The notes under the pieces are model-generated. The model ran no database searches. It saw only the letters and a program-made list of their open reading frames with translations, and was not told the origin of the DNA. Below, in pieces: positions 63,725 through 64,000 of a stretch of DNA of 64,000 nt; the stretch's first letter is position 1; every line of letters begins with the position of its first letter. The translations under genes were made by a program, and so were the position numbers. This stretch comes from Octopus sinensis (Eukaryota). The DNA lies in NCBI RefSeq assembly GCF_006345805.1, contig NC_043009.1:65410001-65474000 (forward strand), read 5' to 3'.

Positions 63725-64000
63725 TTTCTCTTTTACTCTTTTACTTGTTTCAGTCATTTGACTGCGGCCATGCTGGAGCACCGCCTTTATTCGAGCAACT
63801 CGACCCCGGGACTTTCTTTTTGTAAGCCCAGTACTTATTCTATCGGTCTCTTTTTGCCGAACCGCTAAGTGACGGGGACGTAAAACACACCAGCATCGGT
63901 TGTCAAGCAATGCTAGGGGGACAAACACAAACACACAAACACCACACCACATACATATATATATATATATATACATATATACGACAGACTTCTTTCAGTT
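63724..64000 (-). mobile_element. SINE family A, running off the window end
   Basis: tactcttttacttgtttcagtcatttgactgcggccatgctggagcaccgcc...acgacagacttctttcagtt. Confidence 0.9.

Overview
AT-rich, microsatellite-saturated eukaryotic DNA with no intact protein-coding gene that I can support. The three tRNA-derived SINE families and the repeat landscape look like an octopus (cephalopod) genome; that is inference from recognised repeat sequences. Almost all ORFs in the supplied track are translations of simple repeats or SINEs. Recognisable coding relics, all dead: a Tc1/mariner transposase, R4/Dong-type LINE reverse transcriptase and restriction-like endonuclease pieces, a Penelope-like (PLE) GIY-YIG endonuclease, a probable LINE ORF1, and possibly a Polinton/Maverick-type DNA polymerase B. 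The main unannotated signal is RNA structure. About a dozen minimal hammerhead-ribozyme (HHR) motifs or variants from several different repeat families are present, many with a palindromic stem III of the dimer-cleaving PLE type, and several lie in long fold-back palindromes. The best case is a direct-repeat pair at 46.1-47.1 kb with two identical, fully canonical HHRs whose cleavage sites are 531 nt apart, a retrozyme-like arrangement that could release a unit-length and possibly circular RNA. Also notable: a SINE that inserted as a 184-bp-unit trimer, a pre-miRNA-like hairpin, and a recurring non-canonical HHR core (UUGAAAA). All folding and translation was done by eye, so element boundaries are approximate.
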